34,915 nt of DNA from Nitrospirota bacterium (GTDB lineage: Bacteria; Nitrospinota_A; UBA7883; JAJRTC01). This document shows, in pieces, positions 1 to 8,985 of the stretch; position 1 is the first letter of the stretch, and each line of letters opens with the position of its first letter. A model generated the notes under the pieces. That model was not told the DNA's origin. It did no database searches and was given only the letters and a program-made list of their open reading frames with translations. The translations under genes were made by a program, and so were the position numbers. Location of the stretch: contig JAJRTC010000254.1 in NCBI GenBank assembly GCA_024278445.1, positions 1 through 34,915 on the forward strand, written 5' to 3'.

Positions 1-45
1 AGGAATATTACCGCCTGACGATTCAGCAATTTTCTCTGGTGTCAT
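1..45 (-). CDS. 5' start of the next gene of the EPS operon (runs off the window; MTPEKIAESSGGNIP...)
   Basis: ATG at 45-43 overlaps the TGA stop of the phosphatase (ATGA coupling) and the frame is open to the window edge; only 15 codons are visible. Confidence 0.4.
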   Translation of the reverse strand, partial: MTPEKIAESSGGNIP

Positions 46-770
46 AATCTCTTAACCCCATGGATCAAATCTCCCGGTGCCTTCGTAACCATTTCACGCG
101 CCGCAGTTTCACCAACGATGTCGGACGCTACTTTCATACCACTTCTCAGGTTTGGATATCTTTCTGTCAGGTTGTGGCAGTCACTGGCCAAAAAGGTGAC
201 CTGATTAGTTTTGAGCAGATCGCAGGCGGCCTTAAAAACGGTGGCCCCAAAATCGCCCATCAGGCTTCCACAATTTATTTGTAACAAACAACCTGATTCG
301 ATATAGGGTTTGATTTTGCTTATATCGTTTTGTATTTCATAATTACGTTCAGGGTGGGCCAGAATGGGCTGAATGTTTTTTGAAACGAGCCGGCTCACCA
401 GTTGGTCACCACCAAAAGGCAGGTTAAAGGGTGGCAAGTCCATAAGAAAAGCCTTTCGTCCCTCCCAACTGCCGATCCAGGGCATATCATCATATTCCAC
501 AAACTTTAAAATAGCGTGGCTTATCATAACCTCTGCGGACAAATGAAGCCGTATGGCTATCCCTGCGTCATCAACCGCCTTTTGTAGCAGAGAGAAGGCG
601 GCTTTAGCACCATTTACAGATTCTTCATAATGGCCCTCACTTAGGTGGGGTGTGAGAACCTGGTCGGTAACACCATCGGCTACTACCAGATGAAGAAGTT
701 TTAGCGCCTCGAACATATCTTTTGCGCCGTCATCTACGGCAGGCAATATGTGGCTATGAATGTCTATCAT
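42..770 (-). CDS. CpsB/CapC-family PHP tyrosine-protein phosphatase (capsule/EPS regulation)
   Basis: MIDIHSHILP..DDG, TPH, AHPERN and ASDCH motifs; lies directly downstream of wzc. Confidence 0.93.
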   Translation of the reverse strand: MIDIHSHILPAVDDGAKDMFEALKLLHLVVADGVTDQVLTPHLSEGHYEESVNGAKAAFSLLQKAVDDAGIAIRLHLSAEVMISHAILKFVEYDDMPWIGSWEGRKAFLMDLPPFNLPFGGDQLVSRLVSKNIQPILAHPERNYEIQNDISKIKPYIESGCLLQINCGSLMGDFGATVFKAACDLLKTNQVTFLASDCHNLTERYPNLRSGMKVASDIVGETAAREMVTKAPGDLIHGVKRL

Positions 771-821
771 ATGCGCCTCTTCTAAGTGCCGCGATGTTGG
801 TTAGAAAAAACGTTCAGGGAT

Positions 822-3107
822 TTAAGCCTCGGCGCTGTTTCCAGCTTTGACCCCGGTAGCATAATACTTCCCGTAATAGTAGTCGCCATAGCCGTTCATA
901 GACTTGGTGTTGGCATGCGACAAAACAACACCAAGCGGCTTGATATGTGAATTGTGCAATCGTTTAAGAGTGCCCTGCGCTACGTTGTGCTTGCACCAGT
1001 CTACCCTGACCACCATTATTAACGCATCAACTAACTGCCCTAAAACCAGGACATCGCTAAAAAGAAAAACCGGCGGAGTATCGATAATCACATACTCAAA
1101 CCGTGCTTTAAGGTCATCAAGCGCATGTTTAAATTTTTTTGAAGAGACAAATTCGAGCGGGTTTGGAGGTATTGTACCACAGGTGATAAAGCTTAAATTC
1201 CTTTTATGATGTTTTCGTATCACCTGTTCCGCCGTCGCCTGCCCGGACACAAACTGTGTGATGCCTCTTTTCTCATCAAGCCCCATTGTTTTCGCTACGC
1301 TCGGATTACGCAAATCCGCTTCCAGCAAAAGAGTTGGGCCAAGCTGGCTGAACGACATCGCCAACTCACAACTTAAAGTGGTTTTACCTTCATTTGGCAC
1401 AGAGGAAGTGACCAGTAATGTTTTAGGGGGAGCGTCAATATTTGAAAAAAGCATACTTGTGCGAATATTGTTTATAGCTTCAATAAACATCTGCCCGGAC
1501 ATGGAAACAGAGCCGTCGCCAGCCAGAGTTTTCTTAAGGTCTTTATTGCCGATTAATGGCGCCATCCCAAGCACGGGTAGGGCAAGCTTTCTCTCGATAT
1601 CATCATGCCCTTTAAAAGTATTGTCCAGCCGCTCCTTCAATAAGGCTAAAAAGAAACCAAGCAGAAGCCCGCCAAAAAGAGAGGCGATAATAATCAGTTT
1701 CTTTTTCGGTTTAAATGGCTTCGTTGGGCGTTTGGCACTATCGACAATCTGAATGTTAGTGACCTTACTATCCTCGGTCATGTTGGTTTCTTTAAAGCGG
1801 GTGAGAAACATTTCGTAAAGATTGCGGTTTGCTTCCACATCCCGCTCCATCTTCGCAAGCTGAAATCCCTTCCCCTTTAACTGCCTTATTTCTGTTTCCT
1901 GTTTTTCATATATACTTCTCAGTTTCCGTTCATTTTCAGCCGCCACTTCATATTCTCTTCTTATACCTTCTACAACCTTGCCAACTTCCGATTGCAAACG
2001 CTTTATCGCTTCATTAAGGTCGGACTTGGCGGCAATCATCTTTGGATGTTTGTCACCATAGCGTTCAGACAACTCTGCCACATGCCTGCCAAGCTTTGAT
2101 TCTTCCTCTTTGAGTTTTTGTACAAGCAGGTTTTGTAATACCGAGCGGAGAGAATCTACCCCTTTTTTATTTCGTTGGGCAACCAGCAACTGGTTGTAAC
2201 GGCTCTCAGCTTCGGCCAGGTAGATTTGAGCCCCAACAAGTTCCTGAGTGATTTTGGAAAGCTTGCCCCTTATAATTTCCTGGCTGTTTTTCGTATCAAC
2301 AACCCCTTCCTTCGTCTGAAACTCAAGCAGGGCGTTTTCAGAGTCAACCAGTTTCTGGCGCAGATCGGCAAGCCTGTCCGTCAGCCAGGAAGTGGCCTGT
2401 TTTACAACAAAAAGTTTTGAATCAAGATTTCTTTCTACATAAGCCGTCACCACGGCATTGGCTATATCAGCCGCCAACTGCGCCGTTGGAGCCTCGTAAC
2501 TTACAAGCACAATCTGGCTTTTTTCCTCCCCGCCAATAGACAGATGCGTTTGAAAATAGGTGGTAAGCTCTTCCTGATACTCATCCGCTGTCAAAACAGG
2601 CTTATTACCGGAAAAAACACCTCCGGCAAAATCAACGTTTTGCCATTCAGCCGGAAGCCACTTTACAAGTTTGTCAAAACTGAATTTGCTGTTTTCATAG
2701 TCGGCAATAAAATCAGGGTTTTTATCAAGCGCAAGCTTTTTAATCACCGCTTCCGTAACCGACCTGCTACCGATAATTTCGTATTGCGTTTCATAGAAAA
2801 ACATGATGTTAGAAGCCGCTTGTAAAGGGTCTAACGAAACAATTTTCGGCGCATCGGGTTCAACCAGCAGTTTAACCTCGGCTTTATAAACAGGACTTGC
2901 GGAAAAAGCGGTGAGCCCGCCAATAAGGCCCGCCAGAATTGTTAAAGCGAGAATAGACCAGATGTGGTTTTTTGTTATTTTCCAATATTCGGCAAGGTCG
3001 AACTCATCGTTATCCGCGCCACTAAACGTTGAATTGTGAGGCGAAGCATGCATACCCATTACATCATGTTGAACTTGGTTAGTTCCCGTATTTTTATTTT
3101 GTATCAT
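822..3107 (-). CDS. wzc: Polysaccharide co-polymerase/tyrosine autokinase (Wzc/GumC family)
   Basis: Two TM segments flanking a coiled-coil periplasmic region; Walker A SSVPNEGKTT, A' EADLRNP and B IIDTPP; C-terminal Tyr cluster YGDYYYGKYY. Confidence 0.95.
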   Translation of the reverse strand: MIQNKNTGTNQVQHDVMGMHASPHNSTFSGADNDEFDLAEYWKITKNHIWSILALTILAGLIGGLTAFSASPVYKAEVKLLVEPDAPKIVSLDPLQAASNIMFFYETQYEIIGSRSVTEAVIKKLALDKNPDFIADYENSKFSFDKLVKWLPAEWQNVDFAGGVFSGNKPVLTADEYQEELTTYFQTHLSIGGEEKSQIVLVSYEAPTAQLAADIANAVVTAYVERNLDSKLFVVKQATSWLTDRLADLRQKLVDSENALLEFQTKEGVVDTKNSQEIIRGKLSKITQELVGAQIYLAEAESRYNQLLVAQRNKKGVDSLRSVLQNLLVQKLKEEESKLGRHVAELSERYGDKHPKMIAAKSDLNEAIKRLQSEVGKVVEGIRREYEVAAENERKLRSIYEKQETEIRQLKGKGFQLAKMERDVEANRNLYEMFLTRFKETNMTEDSKVTNIQIVDSAKRPTKPFKPKKKLIIIASLFGGLLLGFFLALLKERLDNTFKGHDDIERKLALPVLGMAPLIGNKDLKKTLAGDGSVSMSGQMFIEAINNIRTSMLFSNIDAPPKTLLVTSSVPNEGKTTLSCELAMSFSQLGPTLLLEADLRNPSVAKTMGLDEKRGITQFVSGQATAEQVIRKHHKRNLSFITCGTIPPNPLEFVSSKKFKHALDDLKARFEYVIIDTPPVFLFSDVLVLGQLVDALIMVVRVDWCKHNVAQGTLKRLHNSHIKPLGVVLSHANTKSMNGYGDYYYGKYYATGVKAGNSAEA

Positions 3108-3117
3108 GAAACTTTTA

Positions 3118-3678
3118 CTAGAAGAGACTCTCGCCTACAAACATCACGTCGCCAGGCAGAACCGGATCTTCCAACTTTACTTTATCAGTGGCGTCACCCG
3201 CACCCTCATGCGCCAGGGTTATCTTTTTTTCAGAAGCCCTGGGAGTGAACCCGCCAGCCAAAGCTATCGCCTTTTGAACCGTAAGGCCATGCACGAAGTT
3301 GAACCCTCCAGGTTTTCTCACCTCGCCGTAAACATAAAACAGACGATATTCAAGAATAGAAACAACTACCTCAGGTTTTTTAAGATAACCATCCAGTAAA
3401 AACCCGGCCAGGCGCTGTTCCAGTTTTTTTGAAGTAAGCCCATTGGCGCTAACCTCCCCCAGCAATGGAAAGGAAATAGTACCATTACTGGCAACGCGCA
3501 CCTTCTCAAGGCTTAGCTCTTCTTCACCAAAAACGGTTATGGATAACAAATCCCCGCTTCCTATCAGGTATTCGTTAGAGCCATCATCGGCCATAGAAAC
3601 AGGTGGGGAAAACAGCACAAGCGCAAACAACAAGAACAAAAATCTCTGTTTTCGCACCAAGGAACTAAAAATGCTCAT
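3118..3678 (-). CDS. wza: Polysaccharide export protein (short Wza/OPX: Poly_export + SLBB domains)
   Basis: YLIGSGDLLSITVFGEEELS, GTISFPLLGEV, VYGEVRKPG and AIALAGGFT motifs. ATG at 3678 is preferred over the track start at 3753, which overlaps the upstream gene. Confidence 0.9.
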   Translation of the reverse strand: MSIFSSLVRKQRFLFLLFALVLFSPPVSMADDGSNEYLIGSGDLLSITVFGEEELSLEKVRVASNGTISFPLLGEVSANGLTSKKLEQRLAGFLLDGYLKKPEVVVSILEYRLFYVYGEVRKPGGFNFVHGLTVQKAIALAGGFTPRASEKKITLAHEGAGDATDKVKLEDPVLPGDVMFVGESLF

Positions 3679-3736
3679 AGATTTAACCGCAATGGCCTCA
3701 CCCTCGACAAACAGGTGAACAGGGGCACCGGCAGGT

Positions 3737-4930
3737 TTAATCCTTGTTAACAAGAGTTACTTTTAATAAGAACGTATTTGCGACATAGTCCAACCCGGCG
3801 GCAGTTGAATCGCGACTATTATATTGATATTTGGCACCTAGTCTCAGCCACTCCCGCAGACGATATTCAAGTTCCAGGCTGGTATTGAAGTAGTCCTCCG
3901 TCTGATCGATACCGCCATAATCGACCTTATGAATGGCGGCATCGGCATATGAGATGAATTGGTCGGTAAACGAGTGTTTCCAATAAAGCGAAACGGTATC
4001 TCTAACATAATAGCTAGGATTAACCGCCACAGATTCATCGTAAGGAACCTCGTCTGTTCTTCTCGACGCTTCCAGAGTTATATGGCTATACGGTTTTGGT
4101 TCCCAAAGAACGGATACAAAGTAGCTTCCACCCTCGAAATCTTCAAGATACTCTTCATCCATGTCCTTCGTGTGATAGCCGACTTTAATTTCACCAGTGG
4201 TTTTGGCGGTCGCTTCCCACCTTACACCCGCGAGAGAAAATGTCTCGGTACTATCGAGGTTTATGGATGCGTCGTTAACATAGTCAACGGTTACATAGGT
4301 TCCTTCAAGCAATAAGGAAGTTTTAGAGCTTAGGTTGTAGTACAAGGTAATTGTTCCGCCGGCTCTCTCACGGTCGCGTTCGTCTTGCCCGTTGTTGGTA
4401 TATTTACGATCAAGAAAACTGCCGGAAACCTCAATTTGCGCAGTGCTGGTCCGGCGGCCATAGGTAACTTTTGCCTCAGCCGATCCCTGCTCCCAGGTAT
4501 CCAACTCACGCGGGGTACCTCCCCTGGAACCTGCGACACCACGATTTTCGTGCGACCACATATAACCTGCATCCAGAGTTACATCGAGCCTGCGTGTTAG
4601 ATCCAGCAAGAGTTCCGCATCCAGACGGTTATCGTTATAGTCCTCAGTGCTGTATGTATCGAATGAGGTAAACTCCCCAATGTAAGTAAAATCAAGGCTA
4701 TGTTTCCCAAACAGTGCCTTATAGAGGAGGGACGGGGCAATTACGAGAGCGTCGTCGCTGGTTTCATTCCCATCAGACATAAAGACGTTGTCTGTGTTTG
4801 CATACCCAACAGAAAGCGCAGGATAAAAGCCTGGGTCAAGCTCTTCTTCCGCAGTAGCATTAGAGTAAGAAAAACAAAGAATAACAGCCAGGAGAGGCAG
4901 GAGAGAACGCAATTTAACTCTATTATTCAT
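3737..4930 (-). CDS. EPS-associated outer-membrane beta-barrel protein (VpsM/EpsL/BBP2-like)
   Basis: Signal peptide, alternating beta-strand pattern rich in Y/D/T/S, TDNVF N-terminal motif, and position between the priming transferase and wza. Confidence 0.82.
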   Translation of the reverse strand: MNNRVKLRSLLPLLAVILCFSYSNATAEEELDPGFYPALSVGYANTDNVFMSDGNETSDDALVIAPSLLYKALFGKHSLDFTYIGEFTSFDTYSTEDYNDNRLDAELLLDLTRRLDVTLDAGYMWSHENRGVAGSRGGTPRELDTWEQGSAEAKVTYGRRTSTAQIEVSGSFLDRKYTNNGQDERDRERAGGTITLYYNLSSKTSLLLEGTYVTVDYVNDASINLDSTETFSLAGVRWEATAKTTGEIKVGYHTKDMDEEYLEDFEGGSYFVSVLWEPKPYSHITLEASRRTDEVPYDESVAVNPSYYVRDTVSLYWKHSFTDQFISYADAAIHKVDYGGIDQTEDYFNTSLELEYRLREWLRLGAKYQYNSRDSTAAGLDYVANTFLLKVTLVNKD

Positions 4931-5049
4931 AACTTGATGTTTCGACGGCGTTTTTATGACGCAACGCCAATCTACTATCCCCTCAATTAGTTGAATTAGT
5001 TTTAATGTTATACTAATTTTAAATATAAAACAAATTTTTGCAAACCTGA

Positions 5050-5094
5050 TGTTTTGGCTGAGCCAAACGTCTGAATATTCAGCTCAACCAAACA
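5050..5094 (-). terminator. Imperfect stem-loop downstream of the small secreted gene (terminator or mRNA-stabilising hairpin)
   Basis: TTTGGCTGAGC ... GCTCAACCAAA inverted repeat just past the stop at 5106; no long U-tract. Confidence 0.35.
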
Positions 5095-5105
5095 AAATAG
5101 CAGAA

Positions 5106-5534
5106 TCAGGATGGGCTCAGGTCACCACCACCACCGTTACCGCCATCAGGTACGCTGGACGGAACGGTTCTGCCGATAGCAAAGCCGGCGGCTGTCGCTT
5201 CCGTAATAAGAGCAGGGTCGGCTCCCGCTAAAATGGCACATCTGACGGCCACTTCTTCTTCTGCTCCTTTTTCCAGAGCGGCAACAACGATTGGAACCGC
5301 GTTGTCAGGATACATTTCTATAGCCGTTCTGATTATCTCACAGGTTTTTTCCGGAGCCAGATAGCTGGCCTCAGCGGCGACCTCTTCTATGGTTTTGCCT
5401 TCTGCCATGCCATTTTCTAGAACGGTTTTGACAGGAAGCTTAGCCTCCAGGTCTTCCTTGATACCGGCAAACGCAGGGGTAGAAACCCACGCCACCAACA
5501 AAAACAGTGATAATACAATTACTTTGTTTTTCAT
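5106..5534 (-). CDS. Secreted helical protein with a LapA-like DP-x4-EATAAG motif and a Gly-rich C-terminus
   Basis: Sec signal ending AFA|G; RBS GGAG upstream; tail AILAGADPALITEATAAG...GGNGGGGDLSPS. Confidence 0.85.
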   Translation of the reverse strand: MKNKVIVLSLFLLVAWVSTPAFAGIKEDLEAKLPVKTVLENGMAEGKTIEEVAAEASYLAPEKTCEIIRTAIEMYPDNAVPIVVAALEKGAEEEVAVRCAILAGADPALITEATAAGFAIGRTVPSSVPDGGNGGGGDLSPS

Positions 5535-5647
5535 TTTCTCCCTTTTACCTCCAACAGCATGAACGACACTATATGTATTCTCAATCAGACTAACTGTTAA
5601 TACCTTAAATTACAATTTTATTATCATAAACAGAGAAAATGCTTTTC

Positions 5648-7105
5648 TCAATATGCCTTTTTAGAAACCAGAGTGTATGTTGTCTTAAAAAGTATTTTAA
5701 GATCCAGCATGATTGACCAGTTGTTTATGTAGTCCAGGTCATACTGAATACGCTCCTGCATTTTGTCTATAGTCTCAGTCTCGCCACGGCATCCGTTAAC
5801 CTGCGCCAAGCCGGTCATTCCTGGTTTTATCCTGTGCCTCGCAAAATATGAACTTATTTTTTGTGAATAATAATTGTCATGCGCAACGGCATGCGGACGC
5901 GGGCCGACAAGAGACATTTTTCCTTCCAGCACGTTAAACAACTGAGGCAGTTCGTCAATACTGGTAGACCTTATGAAGCGGCCCACCGCAGTCACCCTGG
6001 GGTCGCCAGCCACAGCTTGAGTTGTTACGTTCGAGTTTTCTTTATGAAGACGCATACTCCTGAACTTGTAAACTTCAAACACAGACCCGTTCCAGCCCTG
6101 ACGTTTCTGTTTGAACATAACAGGCCCGGGAGATGAAAGTTTAACGGCGATGACCGTTGCAAGCATTATCGGGCTGAAAACAAGAATCGCCACACTGGCC
6201 AACACCCTGTCCAGAACTGATTTGGCAAATTGGGACGCACCAATAAGAGGAGTTTCCGAAAGTGCCAATACGGGCACGCCGGCGATTTCTTTTATATTGT
6301 GATTAACCAGTATCATGCCAAAAAGGTCTGGTGCCCAATTCACATTAACGTTTTTACTGAGAAGCTCAAGATAGAGCGTTTCAATTTTGGCAGACGCGCT
6401 GATAGGCATGGCTATATACACAGTTTCTATATCGAACTTTTCAAGCAGAGCGCCGATATCGGCAACCGACCCCAGCACGGGCGCGTTATCAACGTCCCAA
6501 CCGGACAAAGCCTGCTCGTCATCATCCACGACACCGACGATTTGAATAGGCAACCACGGGTTGCTGTTTATGCTACCGGCAAGAAACCTGCCTAAATTAC
6601 CGGCCCCCACAAGCAATGCAGGGGTTGTGTTCTTCTGGGAAGATCGAAAGTTTTTTAGTAAAAGCGGAAAAATAATGTGAGCCGCCAGTTGTAAAAGAAA
6701 ACATGACACGGCCCATGTAAGAATTATTTGCCGTGAATAGATCGTCGATGTCTTGGTGATAAAACCTATAAGTACAAGGCCGATGACAACGGCACCCCAA
6801 GCTTTAACGAGCTTGACAAAAACACCATAATTATCGGTATACCTTCTGTAAAGTCCTAAGCTGTTGTAAACGATCCACATCAATAACAGCGTGGCCACCA
6901 GCAGGATGCGGTAGTGGAAGTCAAACTCGTTGCCCCTTGCAAGCGTAAGAACGTAAAGCAAGCCGGACGCGATAAAGGCGTCTATCAATAGCTGAAACCA
7001 AAACAGTAAAGTGCTATGCTTCTGCAAAATGCTATGGCTACGGGAATAGGAAGGCGAATCGCCACGGGTGGCACGCCCCTGATTTAATTTGGTATTACCC
7101 AGCAC
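5648..7105 (-). CDS. wcaJ: Undecaprenyl-phosphate glucose phosphotransferase (WcaJ-family priming glycosyltransferase)
   Basis: N-terminal TM helices, CoA-binding-like LVGAG region, and KFRSM, SIDELPQLFNVLEGKMSLVGPRPHA, KPGMTGLAQVNG and DLDYI motifs; GTG start with GAGGGAG upstream. Confidence 0.93.
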   Translation of the reverse strand: MLGNTKLNQGRATRGDSPSYSRSHSILQKHSTLLFWFQLLIDAFIASGLLYVLTLARGNEFDFHYRILLVATLLLMWIVYNSLGLYRRYTDNYGVFVKLVKAWGAVVIGLVLIGFITKTSTIYSRQIILTWAVSCFLLQLAAHIIFPLLLKNFRSSQKNTTPALLVGAGNLGRFLAGSINSNPWLPIQIVGVVDDDEQALSGWDVDNAPVLGSVADIGALLEKFDIETVYIAMPISASAKIETLYLELLSKNVNVNWAPDLFGMILVNHNIKEIAGVPVLALSETPLIGASQFAKSVLDRVLASVAILVFSPIMLATVIAVKLSSPGPVMFKQKRQGWNGSVFEVYKFRSMRLHKENSNVTTQAVAGDPRVTAVGRFIRSTSIDELPQLFNVLEGKMSLVGPRPHAVAHDNYYSQKISSYFARHRIKPGMTGLAQVNGCRGETETIDKMQERIQYDLDYINNWSIMLDLKILFKTTYTLVSKKAY

Positions 7106-7176
7106 TGCTACTTCTCCCTCTCAACATTTGGTATTACAAAAGAGAACCGAACAACCTGACCCGAGAGCAAAACTCC

Positions 7177-7197
7177 TTGAACACCTTTCATGTTCAA
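7177..7197. promoter_or_regulatory. Perfect inverted repeat upstream of wcaJ (candidate operator)
   Basis: TTGAACA-N7-TGTTCAA. Confidence 0.4.
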
Positions 7198-7252
7198 AGC
7201 AGACAGTGTGCATGCTAATAACTCCCATCATTTTATAGGCAAAACTTGAATA

Positions 7253-7269
7253 TGTCAATTTACCTTACA
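7253..7269 (-). promoter_or_regulatory. Candidate bEBP (PrsR-type) enhancer facing the EPS operon
   Basis: TGT-N11-ACA; the minus strand reads TGTAAGGTAAATTGACA, which resembles the site at 7696. Confidence 0.55.
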
Positions 7270-7695
7270 TTTCTTGACAAGTAGATCGTGACGAGTTCAT
7301 AAAATAACTAACTGATATTACACAGCTTGATCGCCCTACGCTCTTCTTGCATGCCATATCAAGCCTATATTATAGACACCAAAACGAGACAAATTACACG
7401 AATCTACCACAAACAAAACATTGAACAAATCTCAAGTCTGGATTCAATGCAAATTTCATGCGAAAACAAGCTTTTTCTACTATAAGCAGAAACTTTTAAG
7501 CTCTAAAACAACATTAACAAACTGTTACATTAAAAAACGCCTCCGTCATGTACCGCAGTACAGCGCAAAATGGAAGCCCGGTTCGATATATTTCATTGTT
7601 TTAACAGTATATTCTTGATCCTCGTAGCCACCTGTGACAAGCTAAATAATTGAAAGAAAAGGAGTTTTTTCCACAAGTAAAAAAAATAAATTTGC

Positions 7696-7712
7696 TGTAA
7701 AGTTTTCTGACA
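7696..7712 (+). promoter_or_regulatory. Candidate bEBP (PrsR-type) enhancer for the PEP-CTERM gene
   Basis: TGTAAAGTTTTCTGACA (TGT-N11-ACA). The CTGTAAAGTTTT part is repeated at 7794-7805; the site lies about 175 bp upstream of a sigma54 motif. Confidence 0.7.
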
Positions 7713-7885
7713 GTGCAATTCAAGCCCTCGAACCCATTAAGACCATAAAATTCAAATGATTAGACAATTACGGACAAGAATGTCCTAAATCTACTGTAAA
7801 GTTTTTTTATGGCTCGGCTGAAAATGTTTTTTTGCTATATCCCTTTGCAGGTTAAATATCAATAAGTTAGCCTGAAATTATGCGA

Positions 7886-7901
7886 TGGCACGGAATATGC
7901 T
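7886..7901 (+). promoter_or_regulatory. Sigma54 (-24/-12) promoter
   Basis: TGGCACGGAATATGCT with exact GG-N10-GC spacing, upstream of a PEP-CTERM gene. Confidence 0.8.
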
Positions 7902-8024
7902 TAGTAAGTTAGCAGGAGAGAATATGAATTTGCGTATGTGCACTAGCAGTTACGCAACACAGACGGATAGATAAAGCATCATGATTTCAAATATTGGAAA
8001 CACTCTAGATAGTAAGGGGAGAAA

Positions 8025-8798
8025 ATGAAAAAGACAGCTTTTACGGTATGTTTGGCGCTTGTGGTGTCCAGTGTTCTATTTATCACCAGCCTAACAGAAG
8101 CCGCCACCATGAATCTTACGGGAACCATACGCGATTTCAGTACAACCCACCCTGATTTTGAAGGAACAGTTGGCGCTGAAACAGGGATAGTCAAAAATAC
8201 GATCGGCCTTGACGGCAAGCCTGTCTATAATAAGCTTGCTGACGGTAGCGACAGCCTCACAACCACCGGCACGGCAAACTTTAACCAGTGGTATAACGAC
8301 GTACTCGGAGTTAACACAAGCCAGCTTCTGACCATAACCTTGGATAACACTATCACCGCCGACCCTAACGTTTACACCTATGAGAACAACTCATTCTTCC
8401 CGATAGACGGCGCAATGGGTGGTAACGAGGGCAACCCGCATAACTACCATTTCACTTATGAGATCAACAGCGATTTCACCTATCAGGGTGGTGAAACTTT
8501 CAGTTTCGCAGGTGATGACGATCTCTGGGTATTTATCAACGGTCAACTGGCAATAGATTTAGGCGGAGTTCACGGGGTGATGGGTGATAGCGTTAATCTT
8601 GATACTTTAGGACTTACTACGGGGAATGACTACACCTTCGCCCTCTTTTTTGCAGAGCGCCACACGACAGAGTCTAACTTCAGAATTGATACCTCAATCA
8701 AACTGAACAATAAGGTTCCTGAGCCTGCGACACTTCTTCTGTTGGGTTCCGGCCTTCTTGGTTTTGGTCTCTTCCGCAGAAACTCTGAAGAGAGCTAA
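8025..8798 (+). CDS. Fibro-slime (PA14-like) domain protein with a PEP-CTERM exosortase sorting signal
   Basis: Signal peptide; RDF..HPDFE, FFPID, GDDDLWVFING, DLGGVH and FFAERH..ESNFRIDT motifs; C-terminus VPEP-TM helix-RR. Confidence 0.95.
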   Translation: MKKTAFTVCLALVVSSVLFITSLTEAATMNLTGTIRDFSTTHPDFEGTVGAETGIVKNTIGLDGKPVYNKLADGSDSLTTTGTANFNQWYNDVLGVNTSQLLTITLDNTITADPNVYTYENNSFFPIDGAMGGNEGNPHNYHFTYEINSDFTYQGGETFSFAGDDDLWVFINGQLAIDLGGVHGVMGDSVNLDTLGLTTGNDYTFALFFAERHTTESNFRIDTSIKLNNKVPEPATLLLLGSGLLGFGLFRRNSEES

Positions 8799-8823
8799 AA
8801 AACTTTTAATAATCAGTTCAAGC

Positions 8824-8863
8824 AAAACGCCTGCAGGCTTTAAACTGCAGGCGTTTTTTGTTT
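8824..8863 (+). terminator. Rho-independent terminator
   Basis: AAAACGCCTGCAG-N8-CTGCAGGCGTTTT followed by further Ts. Confidence 0.85.
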
Positions 8864-8985
8864 GCAACGCTGATAGAAGCCTGCGTTAATATCGTGCTTC
8901 TCTTTACCACGTTGTTACTACCCCGCCCCGCACAAGGTTTTATTGCCAAAGATAGCCGTAAGGCTTCCGATAAATTGATATAATC

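Noticed and set aside
7340-7356. TGGCATGCAAGAAGAGC on the minus strand as a sigma54 promoter
   Set aside because: No GC at the required GG-N10 spacing
7449-7463. Sigma54-like TCGCATGAAATTTGCA on the minus strand toward wcaJ
   Set aside because: The invariant -24 GG is CG, and the site lies upstream of the candidate enhancer
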